Position numbers and translations under genes: made by a program. Of a stretch of DNA of 64,000 nt, positions 39,433 through 48,654 are shown in pieces (the stretch's first letter is position 1; each line of letters begins with the position of its first letter). The stretch spans positions 1 through 64,000 of IMG/VR virus record IMGVR_UViG_3300025133_000063; one strand, given 5' to 3'. The notes beneath the pieces are model-generated. The model was not told the DNA's origin. It worked only from the letters and a program-made list of their open reading frames with translations, and ran no database searches. Source of the DNA: a virus.

Positions 39433-40656
39433 GTGTTTAATATGAGTAAAGAAACGGAGGTTTTCCTTCGAGCCGAAATTAAGGATTGTCTTTATACAAA
39501 ATATTTTTATAAAAAGCAATTACACGAAAATTATGCTATAAATATGAGTTCAGATGAATTTGCAAAAATATTCATTAATCCATGGAAGAATGCAGTTAAA
39601 AATGCATTTAATGAATTAAAGAAAATTGCAAGTCAAGCAGTTACAACTGTTCGTCTCGCATTTACATTGAATCAGAAAAAAGCAGAAGAAATAGTAGCTC
39701 GTCAAAAAGATAGAATGAAGCATCTTGATGCAAAAACAAAAGATTTAATGGGTAAATTGGATGCTGACAATACGGATTTAAATATTTTATTTTTTGCAGC
39801 TTCTCCTGGTGCATTTGCAGCAAAGGCATTATTTCAAGGTGCCGAAGCAGTTGGCAAAGGGACTATTGATTTTGCAAAAGAGGTTGGTTTAAGCGACAAG
39901 TCAATTAAAACATTTAAGGGTGAGGAGACTGAGGAGGATGCTCTCGTCCGCCGGCGGAAAGAAGACGGTCCAGTAAAGAAAGCCCTCCGCGGATTGGAAC
40001 AAATATTTTTTTTAGCCCATGCAGCACCATCTGGTAATTTAATTGTAGAGTCAGCCTTGAGTCAAGAGGCAATCGAGAAGGAAATCATGGCCGGTCCTTA
40101 TGGTGATACTATAAGGGAATATCGGGAAGGTTTTGAGAGTGACATGAATACCTTTATGACACTTGTAAAGCAGGTTGCTGCCCAAAATGCATTTCTTTCA
40201 TCGATTGCTCGTATAGAAACAGCCGAAAATCCCTCAAAGGGACTTGCTCAAATGGATCTTGCTTTAAACGAACTTGCCAAAAATGATCCAGAAGCAGCTG
40301 CTAAGTTTAAAATATTGCCAGCAGAGATAAAGAAAGAAGCCCTTGCATTAGCAGACAGTAAGAAATTTCAAGATGAAGTAAAATCACAAAGTTCTGAAGA
40401 CGAAGAGCTTAGCAAAGAACAAATATCTGATAAGGCCCTCTTAGCTGTTATGGGCGCAACGTTTAAAGACAACATAAAGGAATACATTTCTGCAATTAAT
40501 GAAAATAATGGTCTTATTGACAAAACATTACAGAGTATGTTAAACGCTACAGAAATTAATAAAGATCTTGTCGCAAGTATTGATTTAATGATGCCTGGTT
40601 TTAAAAAATCAATAATGATTGCTGAAAAATTATTACAACGAAGAATTATTGTATAG
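39433..40656 (+). CDS. Helical hypothetical protein, probably late/virion
   Basis: 407 aa with ATAGTTA upstream. Confidence 0.65.
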   Translation: MFNMSKETEVFLRAEIKDCLYTKYFYKKQLHENYAINMSSDEFAKIFINPWKNAVKNAFNELKKIASQAVTTVRLAFTLNQKKAEEIVARQKDRMKHLDAKTKDLMGKLDADNTDLNILFFAASPGAFAAKALFQGAEAVGKGTIDFAKEVGLSDKSIKTFKGEETEEDALVRRRKEDGPVKKALRGLEQIFFLAHAAPSGNLIVESALSQEAIEKEIMAGPYGDTIREYREGFESDMNTFMTLVKQVAAQNAFLSSIARIETAENPSKGLAQMDLALNELAKNDPEAAAKFKILPAEIKKEALALADSKKFQDEVKSQSSEDEELSKEQISDKALLAVMGATFKDNIKEYISAINENNGLIDKTLQSMLNATEINKDLVASIDLMMPGFKKSIMIAEKLLQRRIIV

Positions 40657-40713
40657 TTTACATTTAAATTGTGAGCGTTATGTTTAATCATAAAAATATT
40701 AACGAGGTTTTTT

Positions 40714-41046
40714 ATGTCTAATAACAATTGGTATCCAGAAATTATGTACGAAGAAGATTCAAAAATCCCATTCGTTCCAGTCCCTGAGGGTGAAAAAATG
40801 CCCGATCTTTTATTTATGTTCGAAAGTCGTGAGACTGGAGAGTTTGAGCCAGATCAGGATGGAAATCCTTTACCAATAATTCAAATGGATTTGTATCAAT
40901 ATGCAAATATGTCAATTCTTAAAAGTGCTTTGACACCAAAGGCGTTTGATAAAGTTAGATCTGCTCTTGGTCTTGAATCATTACTAGAGGCTGCAGAGAA
41001 AGGAAATAAAATAACAAATAATATCAAAAATACATTAGAAAAATGA
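40714..41046 (+). CDS. Hypothetical protein
   Basis: 110 aa with a GAGG RBS. Confidence 0.65.
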   Translation: MSNNNWYPEIMYEEDSKIPFVPVPEGEKMPDLLFMFESRETGEFEPDQDGNPLPIIQMDLYQYANMSILKSALTPKAFDKVRSALGLESLLEAAEKGNKITNNIKNTLEK

Positions 41047-41071
41047 ACTCTTAACACAAACCTGTTATAAT
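41044..41071 (+). promoter_or_regulatory. TGAA-N18-TATAAT promoter
   Basis: TGAAC at 41044 and TATAAT at 41066; GGAGG RBS follows. Confidence 0.7.
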
Positions 41072-41094
41072 AAAAACAGCTTGGAGGAAGTATT

Positions 41095-41748
41095 TTGAAT
41101 TGTTACGTTACAAAAGAAATGACCGCAACTGCATTGGAAAATATGCAAAAATTTTATGGAGATCTTGTATCTCTTTATAAACAATATGGTATTAATGTCG
41201 AATCAGATTTAGGTCGCCGCAATATGCTTATGTCGTCTTTACAAGAAAAGATGTTTGCAGAGCAAATAAAGTTAACATATCCGAGTGCATACTCAGATGG
41301 TAAAACAGGTGAGCCAGATATTGTTATTCCAGAAATTGATTCTGAACTTGAATGTAAATTAACAAGTAAGGGAAAATCTGGTAGTTGGCAATTACAAACC
41401 GACTATGGCACTTTAAAAGTGAAAGGTTCGCTTGATTATCTGTATGTTTTGGCATCAAATGATTTTTCTGAATTTGCGGTATTATTTTTTAAACAATTGA
41501 CAAACGATGATTTTTATCCTCCCGCCCCCGGGAGTAGAGGTAAATCAAGAATGCGCCTATCTACTGCACTAAAGAAATGTACTATTCTTTGTGGAGATTA
41601 TACAGATAAGAGCCTTGCTTATTTAGCCGCTGCCCATGAAGTAATTGATAATAAAACAAGTTCAAATTACGAATTAAAAAAGGCGCTATCAAGAATCGAA
41701 CATTGGACAAACACGTCAAAGATTTCATTCGCGCTTGAGGCAGTATGA
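41095..41748 (+). CDS. PD-(D/E)xK restriction-endonuclease-like protein
   Basis: 'QE', 'GEPDIV.....ELECKLT'. Confidence 0.65.
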   Translation: MNCYVTKEMTATALENMQKFYGDLVSLYKQYGINVESDLGRRNMLMSSLQEKMFAEQIKLTYPSAYSDGKTGEPDIVIPEIDSELECKLTSKGKSGSWQLQTDYGTLKVKGSLDYLYVLASNDFSEFAVLFFKQLTNDDFYPPAPGSRGKSRMRLSTALKKCTILCGDYTDKSLAYLAAAHEVIDNKTSSNYELKKALSRIEHWTNTSKISFALEAV

Positions 41749-42161
41749 TGGCATTTGGTGTTGGTAAAATTTTATACTTGTTGTCAAACAAAAATCTAAA
41801 AATAGTTGCTGCAAGAGTTGAAGCGGTTACGACAGTTGAAAGTGTTGCTGGCAGTAAAACAACACATCAGGTTTCTGTTCTTGGATATGATGACAATATT
41901 GTTTTAGAGACTTTGGACGTAAAGCCCTTTGTGGATGTTGCGGTATTAAAAGAACATCTCTTAAAAGTAATTAGTGATAAAGTAAATTCAGAAGTGGCAG
42001 ATGTCGTTAATTTAGCCAGCACAGAATGGAATCTGACAGATGCTGATAAAGATTTATCAACAATTGGTGAAGTTGTTGGTTCCAGTGTTGATGACACCGT
42101 TCACGTTGAATTAGGCGATGGTGTACGAGCTCGAGTGCATATTCCAAAGGAACTACTATGA
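41745..42161 (+). CDS. Hypothetical protein
   Basis: ATGA overlaps on both sides. Confidence 0.6.
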   Translation: MMAFGVGKILYLLSNKNLKIVAARVEAVTTVESVAGSKTTHQVSVLGYDDNIVLETLDVKPFVDVAVLKEHLLKVISDKVNSEVADVVNLASTEWNLTDADKDLSTIGEVVGSSVDDTVHVELGDGVRARVHIPKELL

Positions 42162-42994
42162 ACGTTGTTTTTTATGATGCGTACAATTTAATTTATCGTG
42201 CAAAACATGCTCTTCCTCATCATATGCAGAAATCTAGCTTTGGTATTCTTTTTGCTTTTTTTCGATCATTCGCTGCAGTCAATAGAAAATTGCAGCCAGA
42301 TCTTGCGTATTTTGTAACTGAAGGTACACCGGTTGAGCGATTACAATTGTTACCAGAATATAAAGGAAATCGTGTTTATGAAAAAGATGATAATTTTATT
42401 TCTCAGCGTAGAAAGATAATTGAAATAATGGCAAGTGATATGCCTGTTGTTGTTGCAAATCACTTAAATCACGAATGTGATGATATTCTTGCTCACCTTG
42501 TAAAGAAACACGCCAAATTGGGAGATGACGTTACCGTTGTATCAACAGACACTGATTTTTTACAACTTGCAAATACGGTTGATGGTTATAAGCAATATGA
42601 TCCAATTAGAAAAGCGTATAAAATTTTACCAGAACACGACTATATATCATGGAAGGCCCTTGTTGGTGATTCAAGTGATAATATCTCGGGATTCAAAGGG
42701 ATTGGTAACAAGCGTGCCTTGGGTTTTTTAGATGATACCAAAAAATTAAACGATTTTTTATTACTCGATAATAACAGCGAGAAGTTTCTACTTAATAAAA
42801 AGCTAATTTCGTTTATCGATGTTACTAATACCGAACACATGATTACACTTAGTAAGTGCAGCCCAAATTGGGATACCTTATTTAAAACATTTTCAGATAT
42901 GAATCTTAAGTCAATTATTTCCAATAAAGGTTGGACAAATTTTATCGATGCTTTTGGAGGGTGTTGTGGAGCAAATGAAAACAGTAGACACTGA
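42158..42994 (+). CDS. Second 5'-3' exonuclease / flap endonuclease
   Basis: 'YDAYNLIYRA', 'YKGNR', 'ECDD', 'STDTDFLQ', 'GDSSDNISGFKGIG'. Confidence 0.9.
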   Translation: MNVVFYDAYNLIYRAKHALPHHMQKSSFGILFAFFRSFAAVNRKLQPDLAYFVTEGTPVERLQLLPEYKGNRVYEKDDNFISQRRKIIEIMASDMPVVVANHLNHECDDILAHLVKKHAKLGDDVTVVSTDTDFLQLANTVDGYKQYDPIRKAYKILPEHDYISWKALVGDSSDNISGFKGIGNKRALGFLDDTKKLNDFLLLDNNSEKFLLNKKLISFIDVTNTEHMITLSKCSPNWDTLFKTFSDMNLKSIISNKGWTNFIDAFGGCCGANENSRH

Positions 42995-43163
42995 AACTCA
43001 GGTACTACTTCGTACTAAAGGTTTAATTGGTGAACAAGAAGTTGTTCATATACAAGGTGATTTGCTTGTCGTAGTAAATGTTGTTGAGAATTCTCGACGT
43101 ATATTAGGGCCGGCAGCTAATTTTTTAAACGAGTCCGTAAATAAACGAATATTAAAAGGGTAA
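42975..43163 (+). CDS. Small hypothetical protein
   Basis: ATG 42975 after GGAG, immediately upstream of groEL. Not recognisably GroES. Confidence 0.55.
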   Translation: MKTVDTETQVLLRTKGLIGEQEVVHIQGDLLVVVNVVENSRRILGPAANFLNESVNKRILKG

Positions 43164-43168
43164 AGAGT

Positions 43169-44749
43169 ATGGACGTTGCCGCTAAAGAAGTTATATTTAA
43201 GGACGATTCACAGGAAAAATTGGCCAAAGGTGTTAATGTGCTTGCGGACGCAGTCCGTGTTACAATGGGCCCGGGTGGAGAAAATGTAATTATAGAAACT
43301 GAATCCGGTCCACCAATTTTAACGAAAGATGGTGTCACAGTTGCTAAAGCAATTGCTCTTTCGCTTCCATTTCAAAACATGGGTGTTCAGGCCGTTAAAG
43401 AAGCCGCGGCTAAAACTGCCGAAACGGCCGGCGATGGTACTACCACTGCAACTGTTTTAACTCAAGTACTTGTTAATAAAGGTCAAAAGCTTGTCGCTGC
43501 CGGTCATAATCCAGTAAAAATTAGAAAAGGTATTAAACTTGCAACAGCTGAGATTCTTAAAGAATTAAAAGAAAACTCATACCCTGTTGAAAGCGATGAT
43601 GAAATTATAAATGTTGGTGCAATTTCTGCGAATGGTGATAAGCAAATAGGTGTATTCCTTGCTGAGGCTATGTCTCATGTTGGTAGAGATGGCGTGATTA
43701 CCGTTGATGAAGCCCGAGGGTTTGATACCACACTCGAAATCGTAGATGGTTTTGAGTTAAACAGGGGATTTATATCACCATATTTTATTACCAATCAAGG
43801 CCGTGGTGTTGTTGAGTTTGATAACCCAAAGATTCTTTTAGCGAATAGACGAATATCAGCCGTTCAGGACTTAGTGCCGTTGTTAGAATCTGTCCGTCGC
43901 CAATCGGAAAATTTGCTTATTATTGCAGACGACGTCGATGGCGACGCACTCAAGGTTTGTGTTCTAAACAACTTAAAGTCAATTATCAAAATTTGTGTAA
44001 TTCGATCTCCTGGATTTGGAAATATGCGTGCTGAATCACTAAATGACTTGTCACTTCTATTTGATACAAAAGTATATACTCAAGGCGAAAATCTACCAGC
44101 AGACGTTTCAGAACTTGGTACATGTGAGAAGTTTACAAGTTATCGAAATTCGTCAATTTTTGTTGGCACGTCAACTAATAGTACAGATCAGATTGTCAAT
44201 CGACTCGACGCTGTAATAGAAATGTCAAACAATCCTGGAATTACACCACAGGAACATCAATACTTACAACGCCGGCAGGCTGTGCTAAGTGGTGGAATAG
44301 CAGTAATTAGAGTTGGTGGTTCAACTGATTTAGAGCTTCGAGAAAGAAAAGATAGAATTGACGATGCAGTTTGTGCCACCAGGGCAGCAGCAAGAAGCGG
44401 AATTGTTGAAGGTGGTGGTTTTGCATTAATTAGGGCAAGTAATAAAGTTGCTAAGCTTGATAATACTATCCTTGATAAGGATGTTCTGGCTGGTTGGAAT
44501 CTTCTATTATCAGCTGTGTCCGCACCAGCCCAGCAAATTGTTTCTAATGCTGGATATGTTCCTGAAATTATAATGGCAAAATTACTTGAAGATCCAACCA
44601 TTGGTTTTAATTCTAGAACGGGCGAATGGGTAAACCTTAGAGAGACAGGCGTAATCGATCCACTTCTTGTAGTAGAATCAGCACTAATTCATGCCTCATC
44701 TGCAGCAATGAACTTGTTATCAGTTGGTTGTGCAATTGCAAATGAATAA
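43169..44749 (+). CDS. groEL: Chaperonin GroEL
   Basis: 'AKEVIF', 'TMGPGG', 'TKDGVTVAK', 'AGDGTTTATVL', 'GG', 'DDAVCATRAA', 'GVIDP'. Confidence 0.95.
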   Translation: MDVAAKEVIFKDDSQEKLAKGVNVLADAVRVTMGPGGENVIIETESGPPILTKDGVTVAKAIALSLPFQNMGVQAVKEAAAKTAETAGDGTTTATVLTQVLVNKGQKLVAAGHNPVKIRKGIKLATAEILKELKENSYPVESDDEIINVGAISANGDKQIGVFLAEAMSHVGRDGVITVDEARGFDTTLEIVDGFELNRGFISPYFITNQGRGVVEFDNPKILLANRRISAVQDLVPLLESVRRQSENLLIIADDVDGDALKVCVLNNLKSIIKICVIRSPGFGNMRAESLNDLSLLFDTKVYTQGENLPADVSELGTCEKFTSYRNSSIFVGTSTNSTDQIVNRLDAVIEMSNNPGITPQEHQYLQRRQAVLSGGIAVIRVGGSTDLELRERKDRIDDAVCATRAAARSGIVEGGGFALIRASNKVAKLDNTILDKDVLAGWNLLLSAVSAPAQQIVSNAGYVPEIIMAKLLEDPTIGFNSRTGEWVNLRETGVIDPLLVVESALIHASSAAMNLLSVGCAIANE

Positions 44750-44764
44750 AAGTGAATGAAATTG

Positions 44765-44792
44765 TGAAAGTTTCCTTTACATGTGGTATAAT
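44765..44792 (+). promoter_or_regulatory. TGAA-N18-TATAAT promoter of the sigma-factor operon
   Basis: TGAA at 44765 and TATAAT at 44787. Confidence 0.7.
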
Positions 44793-44822
44793 ATAAACAT
44801 AACAAATGAGGCATGGTGATAA

Positions 44823-45014
44823 ATGTCTAAAGAGTTAACTGTTGATATGACTACATATGTAGAAATACAACGACTACGAAAACGAATAAGAATATTGTTA
44901 CAACTAATAAAAGACGGAAATTTGTCAAAGGAGAAAGAACTTGAATTGCAGTTAGAACATTGTTATTTACAACGTGAATTAGAAATTTTTGAAAAGGATT
45001 ATAGAAAAAAATGA
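44823..45014 (+). CDS. Small helical hypothetical protein
   Basis: 63 aa, translationally coupled to the sigma gene. Confidence 0.6.
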   Translation: MSKELTVDMTTYVEIQRLRKRIRILLQLIKDGNLSKEKELELQLEHCYLQRELEIFEKDYRKK

Positions 45015-45778
45015 ATTTAGACGCTTTCTTTAAAGAAGTAGGTCAACACAAATTGTTGACAAGAGAACAAGAGGTACAATTGGCACAAGCTATTGAGGGT
45101 GGTGATAAACTAGCTCGTGATAGAATGATTCAAAGCAATTTGCGCTTAGCCATTAGTATTGCAAAGCAGTATAATAAAAGTGGTTGTGCACTTGAAGATT
45201 TGATTCAAGAATCAACTGTTGGGTTGATGGAGGCTGTCGATCGATTTGATTGGCGTCGAGGCTTTAAGTTTTCCACCTATGCATGTTGGTGGATTAAACA
45301 GGCTGTGCGTAAGCATGTAACATCTCATTCATCAATGATTCGTCTACCTAATCATGCTAGAACAGTTTTGTGGCAAGCAGGACAGCTTAAGAAAGACTAC
45401 GTTAAATCTTTTGGTAAGGAGCCAACATTAGACGAGATCGCAGAGGCCCTTGGTCTTCCAACTAAATCTTTACGCTCATTATATCAAAGCGCTGGTACAA
45501 TGATGTCTTTAGATGCAACAGTTGGCTCAAAGGATGAGGGATCTCGAAAACTATATGAAGTGATTCCAGATGAAGGTGCAACAATTGTTGAAAAAATGGT
45601 TCGTCAAGATACACAAGATGTTATTCGTAAAGCGCTGGTGTCTTTATCTGCTCGCGAAGAAAAAGTTATTAGGCTTCGTTTTGGTATAACGGCCGATAGA
45701 AATGATTCAGATAATTTCCCAATTACTCAAAATGAGCTCAAAGAGCTTGAAGGAAGAATTAAAAATGCCAATGCCTAA
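45011..45778 (+). CDS. Sigma-70 family factor (regions 1.2 to 4.1), lacking the region 4.2 HTH
   Basis: 'LLTREQEVQLA', 'SNLRLAISIAKQY', 'DLIQE..GL..AV.RFD..RGFKFSTYA.WWI.QA', 'IRLP', 'PT..EIA', 'L..REEKVIRLRFG', then no HTH. Confidence 0.9.
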   Translation: MNLDAFFKEVGQHKLLTREQEVQLAQAIEGGDKLARDRMIQSNLRLAISIAKQYNKSGCALEDLIQESTVGLMEAVDRFDWRRGFKFSTYACWWIKQAVRKHVTSHSSMIRLPNHARTVLWQAGQLKKDYVKSFGKEPTLDEIAEALGLPTKSLRSLYQSAGTMMSLDATVGSKDEGSRKLYEVIPDEGATIVEKMVRQDTQDVIRKALVSLSAREEKVIRLRFGITADRNDSDNFPITQNELKELEGRIKNANA

Positions 45779-46043
45779 AGGATATACTAGTAAATTTGGT
45801 TATGCTTCAGTAGCATCAGATGATGATTGTTTGACCTACCGTGAAATCGCAGAAATTATGACCGCTGATGGTGATAAGATTAATCACAGTACTGCACGTA
45901 ACATTTTTCTTCGTGCAATGCGTAAAATTGCAAGCGAAGTTACATCGAGTTATGCAGTTGAAGATAGCTGTAATAGCAATGACATTGCGGAGGATCCACG
46001 GTTTCAGGCAGCAATTCAAGAGTTGGCAACTGAATTTTTGTAA
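45765..46043 (+). CDS. Stand-alone sigma region 4.2-like helix-turn-helix protein
   Basis: 'LTYREIAEIM......INHSTARNIFLRAMRKI'. Probable start ATG 45765 after AGGAAG. Confidence 0.7.
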   Translation: MPMPKGYTSKFGYASVASDDDCLTYREIAEIMTADGDKINHSTARNIFLRAMRKIASEVTSSYAVEDSCNSNDIAEDPRFQAAIQELATEFL

Positions 46044-46070
46044 TATTTATAAACATCAAGGAGATAAAAG

Positions 46071-46367
46071 ATGTCAATTTCATGGAATTTTTACGTTAAA
46101 CGTCGAAAGATAAATGTTGAAGAATTTGTTAGATCTAAAAAATGTAAGACTTATAATGAGTTTTGTAATGCCCTCAATCAGCATGATGTAATACCACCGC
46201 TTGAAAAAGAAGTGTCAGCGTATTTTGTTAAGTCTCCGCCCAAACCTCGGGTCCGGCCACCACAAAAAGCAAAACCATTAAAGAAGCCTTCGCCTAAAGA
46301 GCAGGTTAAAGATAGTGAATCTAAGCCTGAGCCTAAAGTGAAAAAAAGTTCAAAAAGCGCAACATAA
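46071..46367 (+). CDS. Basic, Lys/Pro-rich hypothetical protein
   Basis: ATATTTA and AGGAG upstream. Confidence 0.65.
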   Translation: MSISWNFYVKRRKINVEEFVRSKKCKTYNEFCNALNQHDVIPPLEKEVSAYFVKSPPKPRVRPPQKAKPLKKPSPKEQVKDSESKPEPKVKKSSKSAT

Positions 46368-46368
46368 A

Positions 46369-46614
46369 GTGTCTATTGTAGAACTTGCTCATGGTGCAAC
46401 AATAGATATAGACTCAGGTTTGATTAATTTGCCAATTGGTAATGTAACACTTAATTTTTCGCTTGAAGAATGGTTGGTGTTTGCAGGCGTTATTGACGAT
46501 ATAAATACGGTAATTCAAGTTAATACATTGGAGAATGTAATGAAATGTTCGACATGCAATACAATTACTTCGTATGTTCATTATGAGGAACCAGATGAAA
46601 ACGAAATTAATTAA
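46369..46614 (+). CDS. Small hypothetical protein with CxxC
   Basis: 81-aa ORF. Confidence 0.55.
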   Translation: MSIVELAHGATIDIDSGLINLPIGNVTLNFSLEEWLVFAGVIDDINTVIQVNTLENVMKCSTCNTITSYVHYEEPDENEIN

Positions 46615-46804
46615 AAATAGTTTAATAAATTTAAAGCCTGGTGAATATATTTGTTCTGCTGAAGGTGCTAATGCATTATTAAAAATACAGACAAGTACAC
46701 AAGGGTTGATTGTCGACATTGTTGGAGATTCTCATAGATGTGATAAGTTATTAACGGTTTTGGTCAATGGCAAATTAATTAATGTGTGGTCTGAGAAAGT
46801 GTGA
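46595..46804 (+). CDS. Small hypothetical protein
   Basis: ATG 46595 after GAGG. Confidence 0.5.
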   Translation: MKTKLIKNSLINLKPGEYICSAEGANALLKIQTSTQGLIVDIVGDSHRCDKLLTVLVNGKLINVWSEKV

Positions 46805-46971
46805 AGCGTTTAATATTACCAAGCTGGTTTTGGTTGGCGCTAATTATAGTAAATGTATTTGTGTTTACGGTTGGCTTCTTTGTCGCCGATAGAGGTTTGA
46901 TGGCCACAGCATTATTTAGTGGCTTATCATGTTATTGTGTTTTAAAATTAAATGGAGAAAAAAATGAATAA
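46801..46971 (+). CDS. 56-aa two-TM membrane protein (not in ORF track)
   Basis: GTG start overlapping the upstream stop (GTGA); reads MKRLILPSWFWLALIIVNVFVFTVGFF... Confidence 0.5.
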   Translation: MKRLILPSWFWLALIIVNVFVFTVGFFVADRGLMATALFSGLSCYCVLKLNGEKNE

Positions 46972-47200
46972 TAATAAGACGTTACTGGTTGAGTTTGTTG
47001 AAAAGTATACCAATATTGAGAATGAGCGCAAGCTTCTTGGTGAAGATAGAAAACTATTAATTTCGGATTATAAAGATAAGCTAGACGTTAAAGCAGTTCA
47101 AGCTGCGATGCGAATTGTAAAGATGCGTGCTAGTTTAGACATATCCGACACCGAATTTGACAATATGCTTCTTGCACTTGATCGTATTACAACGGTTTAA
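46964..47200 (+). CDS. GapR/DUF2312/T4 DsbA-like dsDNA-binding protein
   Basis: 'EFVEKY.NIENE.K.L.EDRK.L...YK...DVKA....RI.K'. Confidence 0.6.
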   Translation: MNNNKTLLVEFVEKYTNIENERKLLGEDRKLLISDYKDKLDVKAVQAAMRIVKMRASLDISDTEFDNMLLALDRITTV

Positions 47201-47203
47201 TAA

Positions 47204-47806
47204 ATGGCTTTTCGGAAAATTTTAAAATTTCCACATCAAGATTTATTAAAAAAGTCAGAATTGGTTTGTGATATAGATGACTCAATCGTTGCACTAATCA
47301 ATGATTTACGTGATACAGTTAATGTCGCTGGTGGGGTTGGATTATCTGCTCCACAGGTTGGTGTATTAAAACGAGTTATATATGTCGCATGTGATACTTT
47401 TTCTGATATATTAATAAATCCTGTTATTAAAGAAACCTATGATTTTGCTGGTGTACAAGAACAATGCCTTTCATTTCCAGGTGTATCAGAAATAGTTCCA
47501 AGATATTCTAGAATTACAGTAGAATATATAGATGAATTAGGTCAAAGTCAAATCTCAGATTTTGATGGTCTTGTATCACAAGTAATCCAACATGAAATTG
47601 ATCATTTAGATGGAAGGCTTATTATCCATCATCTTAGTAGATTAAAGCAGAGGATGATAAGAAAACGTGTCGAAAAGGTAAAGAATAAGGTAAAAAAAAT
47701 ATTGAAATCTTCAGATAATTCTAACATAGGTCGTAGTAAAAAAAATAATCATTTAAGTAGAAAAGAAGTAAAATTGCGTCGTAAACGCCGTAAACAAAGT
47801 CTTTAA
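47204..47806 (+). CDS. def: Peptide deformylase
   Basis: 'GVGLSAPQVG', 'INP', 'EQCLSFP', 'QHEIDHLDG', plus a long basic tail. Confidence 0.93.
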   Translation: MAFRKILKFPHQDLLKKSELVCDIDDSIVALINDLRDTVNVAGGVGLSAPQVGVLKRVIYVACDTFSDILINPVIKETYDFAGVQEQCLSFPGVSEIVPRYSRITVEYIDELGQSQISDFDGLVSQVIQHEIDHLDGRLIIHHLSRLKQRMIRKRVEKVKNKVKKILKSSDNSNIGRSKKNNHLSRKEVKLRRKRRKQSL

Positions 47807-47823
47807 ATTGAATATTTAAAGAT

Positions 47824-48075
47824 ATGGAGGTACTTAATATGACTGACATCGAGCGCGCCCGAATTCGTCAATACTCGTTTAGAAAATATAATCTAATGGG
47901 ACCAAAATCTTTAATGGTTGCAAGAAAAAAATTGTGCCAAAAGATAACAAATATGACAAATATTGATGAAGATGCATTAAACGAGATAATTAATGATACC
48001 ATTACAGAAAATGACTGGTCTGAACCAGAAGCACTAGCATACTTTGAATGTACAAGCATTGAGGATAGAATTTAG
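47824..48075 (+). CDS. Hypothetical protein
   Basis: ATATTTA upstream. The start may instead be the downstream ATG (MTDIE) after GGAGG. Confidence 0.55.
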   Translation: MEVLNMTDIERARIRQYSFRKYNLMGPKSLMVARKKLCQKITNMTNIDEDALNEIINDTITENDWSEPEALAYFECTSIEDRI

Positions 48076-48297
48076 ATGGAAATTGAAATAGATGAATTGT
48101 TAGGTATTGCAACAACATCGGAACTTGTCTCCGCAGATATTGCACAAGAAATATTAAGCTTAGGAATGTCAGAATTTTTAAGCCATGGCATAAGCTATGA
48201 TGAGGCTATTAACTTGATTACAAAGGCACAATTATCTGTTGCACATCAAGCACACCAAAAGTCATTACTTGTTGTCGACACCAGTGATAGTGAATAA
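48076..48297 (+). CDS. Hypothetical protein
   Basis: 73-aa ORF abutting the upstream stop. Confidence 0.55.
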   Translation: MEIEIDELLGIATTSELVSADIAQEILSLGMSEFLSHGISYDEAINLITKAQLSVAHQAHQKSLLVVDTSDSE

Positions 48298-48310
48298 GCG
48301 GTTGTTATAA

Positions 48311-48640
48311 ATGTCTGATTTATTACAAATTCGTGTCGACTTGTTACTTGAGTCATTAACAAAGACAGACAAGAAAGATATTGAAAAAATGATTAAAAAG
48401 ATTGTTGCTGACAACGACAAAACAAAAAAACAAGATTTTCAAGATTTTTTTAGTAAAGAAGTAAAAACTCAGAAATTTAAAAAAGCGTTAAATACAATGA
48501 TTCAAGATGAACTTAGCAAAGGTTTAAAGTCAAAACAGTCTAAAGATATTACTGTTGATATAGTAAAACGTGTAATGGTTAAGTTGTATCGAGAATTGGC
48601 ATATAATTATTCACCTGTTATTGATAGAATCAAAATTTAA
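48311..48640 (+). CDS. Hypothetical protein
   Basis: N-terminus 'RVDLLLE'. Confidence 0.6.
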   Translation: MSDLLQIRVDLLLESLTKTDKKDIEKMIKKIVADNDKTKKQDFQDFFSKEVKTQKFKKALNTMIQDELSKGLKSKQSKDITVDIVKRVMVKLYRELAYNYSPVIDRIKI

Positions 48641-48654
48641 ATACGAGAATTATT

